Below, in pieces: positions 17,230 to 25,439 of a stretch of DNA of 25,752 nucleotides. Source of the DNA: Deinococcaceae bacterium (GTDB lineage Bacteria; Deinococcota; Deinococci; Deinococcales; Trueperaceae). The first letter of the stretch is position 1. Every line of letters starts with the position of its first letter. Location of the stretch: assembly GCA_040256005.1 (NCBI GenBank), contig JBDZWC010000010.1, forward strand, positions 1 through 25,752, read 5' to 3'. Position numbers and translations under genes: made by a program. Under the pieces are notes generated by a model. The model saw only the letters and a program-made list of their open reading frames with translations, had not been told where the DNA came from and made no database searches.

Positions 17230-18583
17230 GTGTCAGTGTCCCCTTCCCGAGCCTGGCCTCGGCGGCGGCGATCGCCTCGCCGATCACCGCGGTCGCCTCG
17301 TCGATCTGTTCGTCGGTGATGCCCAAGGGCGGCAGGAACCGCAGGCAGTTCGAGTACAGGCCGGCGCGGATGACGATGACGCCGCGAGCGAGCGCCTGCT
17401 TGGTCACCTCGAGGACGAGCTCGGGCCACGGGGTTTTGGCGTCGTCCGTCACGAACTCCACGGCCAGCATCGGCCCCAGCCCGCGTACGTCGCCGATCGA
17501 GGGGTGAGCCTTGGCGAGGTCCTCCAGGCGCGCCCGCAGCCTCGCGCCGACCTCGCGCGCACGGCGCAGGAAGGGCTCGGAGGCGATCTCGTCGAGGGTC
17601 GCCAGCGCCGCCGCGCAGGCCAGCGGGTTGCCCGAGTAGGTGCCACCCAGCCCGCCGGGATGCGGGGCGTCCATGACCTCGGCACGGCCCACGACCGCCG
17701 CTATGGGCATGCCCGAGCCCAGCGACTTCGCCGTCGCCAACAGGTCCGGCGGCGCTCCCAGGTGATCGACTGCCCATAGGCTGCCGGTGCGGCCCATGCC
17801 GCACTGGACCTCGTCGGCGACGAGCACGATGCCGTGCCTGTCGGCGAGGTCCCTCAGCGCCCGCCAGTAGCGTGGGTGCAACGGGACGAACCCGGCCTCG
17901 CCCTGCACCGGTTCCACCACGATGGCTGCGATCGCGGCGGGATCCACCTGGGCGACCATGGCCCTCTCGAGGAACTCGAGTGCCGCGGTCACGTACTGGT
18001 CCTCCGAGAGGCCCTTCGGGCGCCGGAACATGTTGGGGAACGGCAACCGGTAGATCTCGGACGGGAACGGCCCGAAGCCCTTCTTGAACAGGCCGTACTT
18101 GCTGGTCATGCCCAGAGTCATGTTCGTGCGGCCGTGGTAGGCACCCTCGAACACGACGATGGCCTGGCGGCCCGTGTGGGCCCTGGCGATCTTCACGCAG
18201 GTCTCGATGGCCTCGGCGCCGGAGTTGAGCAGGACCGCCTTCTTGGCGAAGTCGCCCGGCGCCAGCTCGCACAGCCGCTCGAGCAGACGTACCTGTGGCT
18301 CGTAGCTGGCGACGATGCCACACATGTGGATCAGGTCCTCGGCCTGCCGCTTGATCGCGTCGACCACGGCGGCCGGCGTGTGGCCGAGGGCCAAAGCGCC
18401 GATCCCGCCGGCCATGTCGATGAGGCGGTTGCCGTCGACGTCTTCGACTACGGCGCCGTGGGCCCTGGCAACGGCTACGTCGGTGAGGCGCGATGCCCCG
18501 CGGGCTCCGGCGGCGTCTCGCCTGGCTGCCAGCTCCAGGCTGCGCGGACCCGGCACGGCTGTCCTGAGGGCGATGCTTGACAA
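17222..18583 (-). CDS. gabT: 4-aminobutyrate aminotransferase (class III PLP enzyme)
   Basis: NSGAEAIE, AYHGRT, EPVQGEAGF, DEVQCGMGRTG, AKSL, GGLGGTYSGNP; TTG start with AGGAGG SD. Confidence 0.93.
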   Translation of the reverse strand: MSSIALRTAVPGPRSLELAARRDAAGARGASRLTDVAVARAHGAVVEDVDGNRLIDMAGGIGALALGHTPAAVVDAIKRQAEDLIHMCGIVASYEPQVRLLERLCELAPGDFAKKAVLLNSGAEAIETCVKIARAHTGRQAIVVFEGAYHGRTNMTLGMTSKYGLFKKGFGPFPSEIYRLPFPNMFRRPKGLSEDQYVTAALEFLERAMVAQVDPAAIAAIVVEPVQGEAGFVPLHPRYWRALRDLADRHGIVLVADEVQCGMGRTGSLWAVDHLGAPPDLLATAKSLGSGMPIAAVVGRAEVMDAPHPGGLGGTYSGNPLACAAALATLDEIASEPFLRRAREVGARLRARLEDLAKAHPSIGDVRGLGPMLAVEFVTDDAKTPWPELVLEVTKQALARGVIVIRAGLYSNCLRFLPPLGITDEQIDEATAVIGEAIAAAEARLGKGTLTHA

Positions 18584-18618
18584 GCTGACTACCTCCTAAG
18601 TGCTGTCACGAACCCAAG

Positions 18619-18645
18619 GCGCGCGAACGACTTCGCGCGCGCGAA
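18619..18645. repeat. Overlapping inverted repeats between the oxidase gene and gabT
   Basis: GCGCGCGAA (18619-18627) / TTCGCGCGC (18632-18640); also the perfect palindrome TTCGCGCGCGCGAA (18632-18645). Confidence 0.7.
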
Positions 18646-18649
18646 CCGT

Positions 18650-19954
18650 CTACAGGACGACCTCGCTGCCATCATAGGCGCGCGGCTTGAGCAGCTCGAG
18701 GACCTCCATGGCCGCCCGGCGACCGCTCTGGAGCGCGCCGTGGACGGTGGCGGCGTCGGCCTCGGGAGCCGTCGCCTCGCCAGCCCACAACACTGGCGGG
18801 GACGGCTGGGCCAGCAGCTCGCGGGCACCCTTGTGCCCCGGCCGCACGTAGCTGTAGCCGCCGCGGGCGAAGGGGTCGCTCACCCAGTCGACCAGTCGAG
18901 CGTCCACGGCCTGCAGACCCGGCCTGCCGAGCTCGCGCCTCAGGCTCTCGAGCGCGTCGTCGAGGGCCTCCTCCTCGCCCCGCCGCAGGAGGTCCATGGC
19001 GGCGTCGCCCGTCACGAAGGCCGTCCACACGACCGCGTCTGTCTCGTGTCCGAACGACGGTGTCCACCACATGGGCGCCCGGCCGGAGGCGTAGATGGCC
19101 TTGACGCCTGGCGGCGTCAACGGCTCGCGGAAGCGGTACACGCACTTGACGGCAGGGCCCATGCCGAGGCCGCGCAGGGCGTTCAGCTTGTCGGCAGGCA
19201 GCCCGGGCGCGAAGTCCACGTCACCCGCTGCCAGCACCCCGACCGGGAGCGTGCAGACGAGCAACTTGGCGTCGTATCGCTCGCCGCCGGCGGTGTAGAC
19301 GCGGACACCCCCTGACTCGAGCTCCACGCGCTCGACGACCGCTTGGGTCCGGATCTCGGCGCCGATGCCCAGCGCCTCCAGCACGGCCCCGTAGCCCTCG
19401 ACGATCCGGAAGTCCTCGTGGCCGGTCTGGGCTGAACCTGCGATGGAGTCGAGCATGCTGGCCGCGTCGAGATGCCGCAGCGACTCGCCGGCCGCGTTCG
19501 CGAACGAGCGGCGCACGTAGTCGACCTGCGCCGACTCGAAGCCGATGCGTTGCAGGTAGAGGCCGAAGGACTCGAGCGGGCGGGCAGGCACGTCGGGCAG
19601 CGCCCACGACCGGGTGACGTCGAACCGCGGATCGGACTCCCTGGCCTCGGCCATCGTGAGCCTGCTGCCGTCCGCCATCCGCACCCACGAGTCGTCGCGC
19701 TTGTTCCAGTGGACGGTGGCGAGGCCCAGGCGCTCGAGCCACTCCCAGGTAGGTGCGCGCTCCCCGTGGACGAACTCGGCGCCGAACTCCAGGGGGAAGC
19801 CGGCGAAGCTCCTATCGGTGTGGACGCGGCCGCCGAGGCGATCCCTGGCCTCGAGCACGACGACGTCCAGCTCGGTGTCAACCAGCGCTTGGGCCGCCGC
19901 CAGGCCTGCCACGCCGGCGCCCAGCACCACGACGTCTGCTGTCTCGATCACCAT
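18650..19954 (-). CDS. Flavin-containing amine oxidase (monoamine/polyamine oxidase family)
   Basis: GAGVAGLAAA, LEARDRLGGRVHT, EFGAEFVHG, W.SDPFARGGYSY, WAGEAT...TVHGALQSG. Confidence 0.92.
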   Translation of the reverse strand: MVIETADVVVLGAGVAGLAAAQALVDTELDVVVLEARDRLGGRVHTDRSFAGFPLEFGAEFVHGERAPTWEWLERLGLATVHWNKRDDSWVRMADGSRLTMAEARESDPRFDVTRSWALPDVPARPLESFGLYLQRIGFESAQVDYVRRSFANAAGESLRHLDAASMLDSIAGSAQTGHEDFRIVEGYGAVLEALGIGAEIRTQAVVERVELESGGVRVYTAGGERYDAKLLVCTLPVGVLAAGDVDFAPGLPADKLNALRGLGMGPAVKCVYRFREPLTPPGVKAIYASGRAPMWWTPSFGHETDAVVWTAFVTGDAAMDLLRRGEEEALDDALESLRRELGRPGLQAVDARLVDWVSDPFARGGYSYVRPGHKGARELLAQPSPPVLWAGEATAPEADAATVHGALQSGRRAAMEVLELLKPRAYDGSEVVL

Positions 19955-19991
19955 CGGTCCTCACACCACGAGGCGAGAAGGCCTCGTCCCG

Positions 19992-20762
19992 TCAGGCCTT
20001 CCCGTGTTGAACGGCCACGCGGTGACCGTGGAGCGCGCGGGTCGCAGGCAGAGCCGAGACCGTCTCCGTGCCGCCCTGGGTCCGCGGCCGGCGGACCCGC
20101 CGCAACGAGCGACCCGGCCGGGGCTCGTAGGCCAGGAGCACGGCCGCGTGACCGGCCTTCCACTCGGGGTAGTAGTTCTCGATGATCCCCCGGGCCTCGA
20201 AGCCCCTGTTCAACTGCATGCTCACCGTGGGGTCGTTGAGCCCGCCGGCGATGACGAGCCTGGCGTACTCGGCGGTGCTGAGCGAGTCGCGGTAGCGGTC
20301 GTAGCCCATGAGCATGCCGCCCGCGTACCAGCCGCGCAGGTCCAGGTCGTCGATCAGAGCGAGCCGCGCCTTGTACAGAGCCGACCCGACGCCGTGACGC
20401 TGGTGCGCGGGGTGAACGGCGATCTCGACGCCGTAGAGCCACTCGCCGTCAGGTTCGTGGTTGCGCAGCCCGAAGCTGCCGATCATGTCGTACCAGGCCA
20501 GCGGGGGCTCGTCGGGCGAGCGCGCCGTCAGCATTGTGGAGGCCATCCCGATGACCTTCTCCGCGCCGTCCTCGTACGTGACGGCGACGAACTGGCCCTC
20601 CGGGAAGCGCTCCAGTTGCTCTGCCACGGCCTCGGGGTTGATGCAGTGGCAGTACCTATCGGTGGGGTATCCGTTGGCGAGCCGGATGACGTCATAGACG
20701 CCTTCGGCATGGCGGAGGCGCGTTGGCACCACCGCGAAATCCAGGGGATCCTTGCCTCTCAT
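19992..20762 (-). CDS. GNAT N-acetyltransferase (YkwB-like/nitrilase-associated type)
   Basis: FPEGQFVA, H.PDG.WLYGVEIAVHPAHQRHGVG, EY...V..G.L.DPT.SMQLNRGF. Start placed at ATG 20762; the in-frame extension to 20918 is lower-GC and looks non-coding. Confidence 0.85.
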   Translation of the reverse strand: MRGKDPLDFAVVPTRLRHAEGVYDVIRLANGYPTDRYCHCINPEAVAEQLERFPEGQFVAVTYEDGAEKVIGMASTMLTARSPDEPPLAWYDMIGSFGLRNHEPDGEWLYGVEIAVHPAHQRHGVGSALYKARLALIDDLDLRGWYAGGMLMGYDRYRDSLSTAEYARLVIAGGLNDPTVSMQLNRGFEARGIIENYYPEWKAGHAAVLLAYEPRPGRSLRRVRRPRTQGGTETVSALPATRALHGHRVAVQHGKA

Positions 20763-20763
20763 A

Positions 20764-20946
20764 ACGTTGCTTCTGACAACCAACGCCTGTTGAGGATGTG
20801 AGCCCGTAAAAGGGGGAAACTGAAACGGTCTGGGTCCTATGGAGCCCTGTACCGGAAGAGCTTCTCCACAACCTTTACGCGAGAGTTTCGCCTCCCGAGA
20901 CCATCCACGATGGCTCATTCGGTCTTACTCACACTTTAGGGTTGTC
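20764..20946 (-). ncRNA. Candidate structured cis-regulatory 5' leader (not matched to a riboswitch class I recognise)
   Basis: Six largely nested helices found by eye, several with G-U pairs that work only on the minus strand, plus an alternative hairpin over the translation-initiation region. Confidence 0.45.
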
Positions 20947-20987
20947 TCGAAGTGATCTCACGCTCCTTCTTGCCCGTTTGACAGCGG

Positions 20988-20996
20988 ATGGTAGCA
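20988..20996 (-). promoter_or_regulatory. Candidate extended -10 promoter for the GNAT-oxidase-gabT-gabD operon
   Basis: TGcTACCAT on the minus strand. A second candidate, GTGAGA-17-TAAAGT, has its -10 at 20938-20933. Confidence 0.5.
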
Positions 20997-21063
20997 CGCG
21001 TTTCCGGAAGTGGAGGTTCGCCGCTTCACACGAACGCCGTCTGGAACGCGGTTCTCGAGGGGG

Positions 21064-21092
21064 TTGACAAGCGCGACCACAGACGCTAGAGG
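21064..21092 (+). promoter_or_regulatory. Candidate promoter for potBC
   Basis: TTGACA (21064-21069), 17 nt, TAGAGG (imperfect -10). Confidence 0.4.
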
Positions 21093-21175
21093 TCCGCGGG
21101 CCGCCTGCTGGTCGTCCGGGCGCCCGGGGTAGACTCCGGCCTGATGCTCTTCATGGGCGAGCGGGACGGCGCCTG

Positions 21176-22036
21176 ATGGCGCGGCGGCGCGGCGCAAGCG
21201 GCGATGCCGCCCGCGCCTTCGGGCAGGCGTTGCCCGCCACGTTCTGGCTGGTGGCCTTCTTCCTGCTGCCGCTGATCTTCATCGCCGTGGCGAGCTTCAT
21301 GTCGCGCGGGGCCGGAGGGGCACCGGTACCGCCCGCCACGCTCGACCAGTACGAGCGCACGTTCACGGTCTTCGCGCCCGTCATCTGGCGCAGCATCAGC
21401 GTCGCGCTGCTCACGACGGTGGTGTGCCTGCTCCTGGGCTACCCGCTGGCGTTCTTCATCAGCCGGCGCCGCGACCCCCGCGTACGGCTCCTCCTGCTGT
21501 TCCTGATCATGCTGCCGTTCTGGACGAACTTCCTGGTGCGTACCTACGCCCTCATCACGATCCTGCAGCGCGACGGGCTCCTCAACGGTCTGCTGCAGTC
21601 GCTGGGCGTGATCGCCGAGCCGCTGCAGATGCTGTTCACGCCAGGCGCTGTGCTCGTTGGCCTCGTCTACGGCTACCTGCCGTTCATGGTGCTGCCCATC
21701 TACGCCTCGGTCGAACGGCTCGACATGCGCTACGTGGAGGCAGCCAACGACCTGGGAGCGAACGACCTGCGAGCGTTCTGGCGCGTGGTGTGGCCCCTCA
21801 CCCTCCCGGGCGTGATCGCCGGCTCGATCCTGGTGTTCATCCCCGCCATCGGCGCCTTCGTCACGCCTGACCTGATGGGCGGCACGCGCGGGCTCATGAT
21901 CGGCAACCTGATCCAGAGCCAGTTCGGGGGCCGGGGCAACATCCCGCTCGGCAGCGCCGTGTCGATGGTCCTCCTCGCCCTGGTCTTCGTCGGCGTGCTC
22001 ATCTACACCCGCTGGGGTCAGGAGGAGGACGCGTGA
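21176..22036 (+). CDS. potB: Spermidine/putrescine ABC transporter permease PotB-like
   Basis: LLGYPLA, LPFWTNFLVRTYA, YGYLPFMVLPIY, EAANDLGA, FVTPDLMGG. Confidence 0.9.
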   Translation: MARRRGASGDAARAFGQALPATFWLVAFFLLPLIFIAVASFMSRGAGGAPVPPATLDQYERTFTVFAPVIWRSISVALLTTVVCLLLGYPLAFFISRRRDPRVRLLLLFLIMLPFWTNFLVRTYALITILQRDGLLNGLLQSLGVIAEPLQMLFTPGAVLVGLVYGYLPFMVLPIYASVERLDMRYVEAANDLGANDLRAFWRVVWPLTLPGVIAGSILVFIPAIGAFVTPDLMGGTRGLMIGNLIQSQFGGRGNIPLGSAVSMVLLALVFVGVLIYTRWGQEEDA

Positions 22037-22962
22037 GCGTGCGCACGGCGAGTGGGCCCGCGCGCGACCGGGGCGAGGTCGACAGCGGGCGGCTGCGGCG
22101 CGACCTGGCGATCAGGCGCATCGGACGCGTTCTGCTGTGGGCCTCGCCGTTCGTCGTGTACCTCGTGCTGTGGGTGCCCATCGTGGTGCTGGTGGCGTTC
22201 TCGTTCAACGACGGGGCGTCGGTGTCCGTGTGGAACGGGTTCACCACACGTTGGTACGAGAACATCCTGAAGGGCACCATCACCGCCGGCACGGAGGCCG
22301 CGCGTTTCCAGACCAGCCTGCTGCTCAGCGCCGTCCGGAACTCCGTGTTCGTGGGCGTGGTCTCCACCGTCGTGGCGACGACGCTGGGGACCATGCTGGC
22401 GCTGGCGCTGGGCCGCGGCCGCTTCCCGGGGCGACAGACCCTGAACGCGCTGTTCTACCTGCCCGTCGTGATCCCCGACATCACGCAGGGCGTGTCGCTG
22501 GCGATCTTCTTCAACCTCGTGTTCGACGCCGTCCAGCGGGCGCTGGGCGTGAGGCTGGTACCGGGTTTCGGGACGATAATCATCGCCCACATCGCTTTCA
22601 ACGTCTCGTACGTGCTCATCGTCGTGCGCGCTCGCTTGGCCACCATGGACCCCTCGCTGGAGGAGGCGGCCAGCGACCTGGGCGCGAACCGCTTCCAGGC
22701 GTTCTGGCGCGTGACGTTCCCCATCCTGATGCCGGGGATCCTCGCCGGCGCCCTGCTCGCGTTCACCCTGTCGCTCGACGACTTCGTCATCACGTTCTTC
22801 AACGCCGGCGTGGGCACGACGACCCTGCCGCTCTTCGTCTACGGGATGCTCAAGCAGCGCGTGCCGCCGGAGATCAACGCGATCTCCACGCTGATGATCC
22901 TCGTCTCGATAGTCCTCGTCGGGGCTTCTCTGCTGCTGCAGAGGCGCAGCGCGCGAACCTAG
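22033..22962 (+). CDS. potC: Spermidine/putrescine ABC transporter permease PotC-like
   Basis: FSFN...W.GFTTRWY, LEEAASDLGA, FTLSLDDFVITFF, PEINAIST; GTGA overlap with potB. Confidence 0.9.
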   Translation: MSVRTASGPARDRGEVDSGRLRRDLAIRRIGRVLLWASPFVVYLVLWVPIVVLVAFSFNDGASVSVWNGFTTRWYENILKGTITAGTEAARFQTSLLLSAVRNSVFVGVVSTVVATTLGTMLALALGRGRFPGRQTLNALFYLPVVIPDITQGVSLAIFFNLVFDAVQRALGVRLVPGFGTIIIAHIAFNVSYVLIVVRARLATMDPSLEEAASDLGANRFQAFWRVTFPILMPGILAGALLAFTLSLDDFVITFFNAGVGTTTLPLFVYGMLKQRVPPEINAISTLMILVSIVLVGASLLLQRRSART

Positions 22963-24771
22963 TTACCCCTTGAGGTGACGCTCCAGGAACGCGGCGGTCA
23001 TGCGCAGCCAGGCGACCCAGCCGTCCCGCCCGGGCGGCCCATGACCGGCCTCCTCGTCGACGTAGTACTCGACGGGCACGCCGCGCTCCCGGAGCCGCTC
23101 CACCATCTGGTCGCTCTCCGCCTTGACCACTCGTGGGTCGTTGGCTCCTTGGATCACGAGTAGCGGCGCTCTGACCTGATCGACGTACGTGATGGGCGAG
23201 CGCTCGATGAGCATCTCCCTGTCCTCTTCGGCGTCGCCCACCCAGTCCTTCATGAACGAACGCCAGAACGGCGGCACGCTGCCGACGAACGTGATCAGGT
23301 TCGAGGGGCCCACGATGTCGACGCCCACGGCCCACCTGTCCGGCAGGCGCGTCACCGCCGACAGGGTCGCGAAGCCACCGAACGACCCGCCGAACACGCC
23401 CAGCCGCTCGGCGTCGACCCAGTCCAGCGTCGTGAGGTAGTCGGCCGCCGCCTCTATGTCCCGCAGCTCGCCGCCGCCCCAGTCGCGGTGGATGAGCTTC
23501 TGGTAGCTCTTCCCGTAGCCGGTGGAGCCGCGGATGTTGGGCGCCAGGATGCCTATTCCGCGCGAGAGCAGGTACTGGTAGAGCCCGTAGTAGGCGTAAC
23601 CGGTCAGCTCCTGCGATTCGGGGCCGCCGTGGATCGAGAGGACGACCGGGAACGGCCCCTCGCCACGCGGCCGGTAGAGCCAGGCCGGTACGTCGCGGTC
23701 GAAGCTGGGGTACGCGATGGGCTCCGGGTCCACCATGTCGGCAGGGTCGAGGCCGCCCAGCATGCTCTGCTCGACGGCACGCATGTCACCCGTCCCCAGG
23801 TCGACGAGGAACAGGTTGCCTGCCTCCCGGGGCGTCGCGTAGGCCAGGAGGAGGGTCTTCCCACCCGGATGGACGGACGCGCCGAGCGGCTCGCCGAACG
23901 GCAGGTCGAACCCCGCGACCTCGCGCTCGCCGTCCGCTCCCACGGCGTACGCCTTCACGGCGAACATGCCGCGGTCGTTGACGACCGCCACCAAGACGTC
24001 CCTCGGGTGGTTGAGCAACGCGCCCGCGACGTCGGCATCGAGCCTGAGCACGGAGCGGCGCTCGGAGCCGTCCAGCGGGACATGCGCGAGGTACGTGTAC
24101 TCGTGGTCGGCGTCGGTGAGCACGTAGATGCCGCGGCCGGAGGCGTCCCAACCGACTGGTGAGCGCTTGGCCTCCTCCTCACCGTCGCCCATGACGCACT
24201 TCTTCTCGCCCGTGGCCGTGTTCACGACCCACACCTTGTGGTGCGTGTTGCTGAGGATCTCGCGCACGATGAGCTGCTCCCCGTCGGGCGAGAAGTCGCC
24301 GGCGTAGAACTGGCCACCGGTCATCACGCGCTCCACCGCGCCGCTGGCGAGGTCCATGACCATCGCGTCCTGCTGCATCGGGTCACGGTCGTTCCCCGTG
24401 AAGGCCAGACGGCTCGAGTCAGGCGACCAACTGCCCAGGGTGTACTGAACCTGCGGGGCCGAGGTGACCGACCTGGGCCAGCCACCGACGTCCATGACGT
24501 GTATCTGGAACATCTCGTCGCCGTGGTGGTCGACCATCATGGCGATCCGGCGGCCGTCAGGCGACCACATGAACTCGTTGACCCTGTCCTGGCCCAGGAC
24601 GGTCAGCTGACGGGCGAAGCCGCCCTCGGCCGGTTGGAGCCACACGCCGGGCAAACCCGTGGTGTTCGCCACGTAGGCGAAGGAGTCGCCGCCCGGCGAG
24701 TAGGCCGGCACGCTCAGCGCCCGCACCGCGACGTAGCGCTCGAACTGAGGGAGCTGCAACTCGGTGGACAT
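22963..24771 (-). CDS. S9 family peptidase (acylaminoacyl/dipeptidyl peptidase-like)
   Basis: Beta-propeller WSPDG repeats; [16 protein letters not shown], nucleophile [19 protein letters not shown]. Start ATG 24771 or GTG 24774 follows a TATCGT box. Confidence 0.93.
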   Translation of the reverse strand: MSTELQLPQFERYVAVRALSVPAYSPGGDSFAYVANTTGLPGVWLQPAEGGFARQLTVLGQDRVNEFMWSPDGRRIAMMVDHHGDEMFQIHVMDVGGWPRSVTSAPQVQYTLGSWSPDSSRLAFTGNDRDPMQQDAMVMDLASGAVERVMTGGQFYAGDFSPDGEQLIVREILSNTHHKVWVVNTATGEKKCVMGDGEEEAKRSPVGWDASGRGIYVLTDADHEYTYLAHVPLDGSERRSVLRLDADVAGALLNHPRDVLVAVVNDRGMFAVKAYAVGADGEREVAGFDLPFGEPLGASVHPGGKTLLLAYATPREAGNLFLVDLGTGDMRAVEQSMLGGLDPADMVDPEPIAYPSFDRDVPAWLYRPRGEGPFPVVLSIHGGPESQELTGYAYYGLYQYLLSRGIGILAPNIRGSTGYGKSYQKLIHRDWGGGELRDIEAAADYLTTLDWVDAERLGVFGGSFGGFATLSAVTRLPDRWAVGVDIVGPSNLITFVGSVPPFWRSFMKDWVGDAEEDREMLIERSPITYVDQVRAPLLVIQGANDPRVVKAESDQMVERLRERGVPVEYYVDEEAGHGPPGRDGWVAWLRMTAAFLERHLKG

Positions 24772-24817
24772 CACCCAGGACGATAACCGCCCGGCGCAGG
24801 CCGTGGCATACTCGTGG

Positions 24818-24863
24818 CCATCCGTTCCCACCGGGGCGCATCCGAAAGCCCACGACGAGCGTA
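24818..24863 (+). promoter_or_regulatory. Candidate ECF autoregulatory promoter(s)
   Basis: GCATCC (24838-24843)-N16-CGTA (24860-24863), plus overlapping CCATCC (24818-24823)-N18-CCGAA (24842-24846). Confidence 0.55.
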
Positions 24864-24887
24864 GAAGAGGTAGGTGCCTTAAGCGAC

Positions 24888-25439
24888 TTGAGCGAGACGA
24901 CGGTAAGCGACGCCACGCTCGCTTCGTCGCTGGCAGGCGGCGACGAGGGCGCCCTGCGTGAGCTGTACGAACGCCACGGCGGTCTGGTGCTGGCCCTCGC
25001 GACGCGCATGCTGGGCAGCCGCGAGGAGGGCGAGGAGGTGCTTCACGACACCTTCCTCAGGTTGTGGCGGAACGCAGCGAGGTTCGACCCGGACCTCGCG
25101 TCCGTGAGGACCTACCTCTACGCGGTCGCTCGCAACCTCAGCCTCTCGCGACTCAGGGCCCGGAAGGCCAGGCCCGTGAAGGCAGAACTGGACGAGCATC
25201 TGGCCGCCTATCAGGTGGCCCTCAGCGTGGACCCGGACCCGGTCCCACCGCTCATGGCGAAGCGGGCGCTGGCAGCGCTCGACGACGCGGAGCGCCTGCT
25301 GGTAGAGGAGGCGTTCTTCGGCGGTTGGTCCCACGCCGAGTTGGCCGAGCGACACGGGCTGCCGCTCGGCACGGTGAAGAGTCGGCTCAGGCGCGCGCTC
25401 GCCAAGATGCGCGCGGCTTTGGAGGAAGACAGGAAGTGA
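24888..25439 (+). CDS. ECF RNA polymerase sigma factor (SigK/RpoE-like)
   Basis: GDEGALRELYERH, EEVLHDTFLRLW, SHAELAERHGLPLGTVKSRLRRAL. Confidence 0.95.
   Translation: MSETTVSDATLASSLAGGDEGALRELYERHGGLVLALATRMLGSREEGEEVLHDTFLRLWRNAARFDPDLASVRTYLYAVARNLSLSRLRARKARPVKAELDEHLAAYQVALSVDPDPVPPLMAKRALAALDDAERLLVEEAFFGGWSHAELAERHGLPLGTVKSRLRRALAKMRAALEEDRK

Noticed and set aside
10310..18323. Long alternative-frame ORFs (e.g. 10310-11377, 12937-14520, 15701-16882, 16590-18323)
   Set aside because: Typical high-GC shadow ORFs overlapping well-supported genes; no motifs.
20872..20925. Hammerhead-like core (CCGAAUGA...GAAAC...GUA) in the leader
   Set aside because: Core deviates from CUGANGA and stem I cannot form.
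21083..21175. CGCTAGAGGTCCG resembling the start of a lysine or ykkC riboswitch
   Set aside because: Downstream conserved elements are absent and the space is too short.
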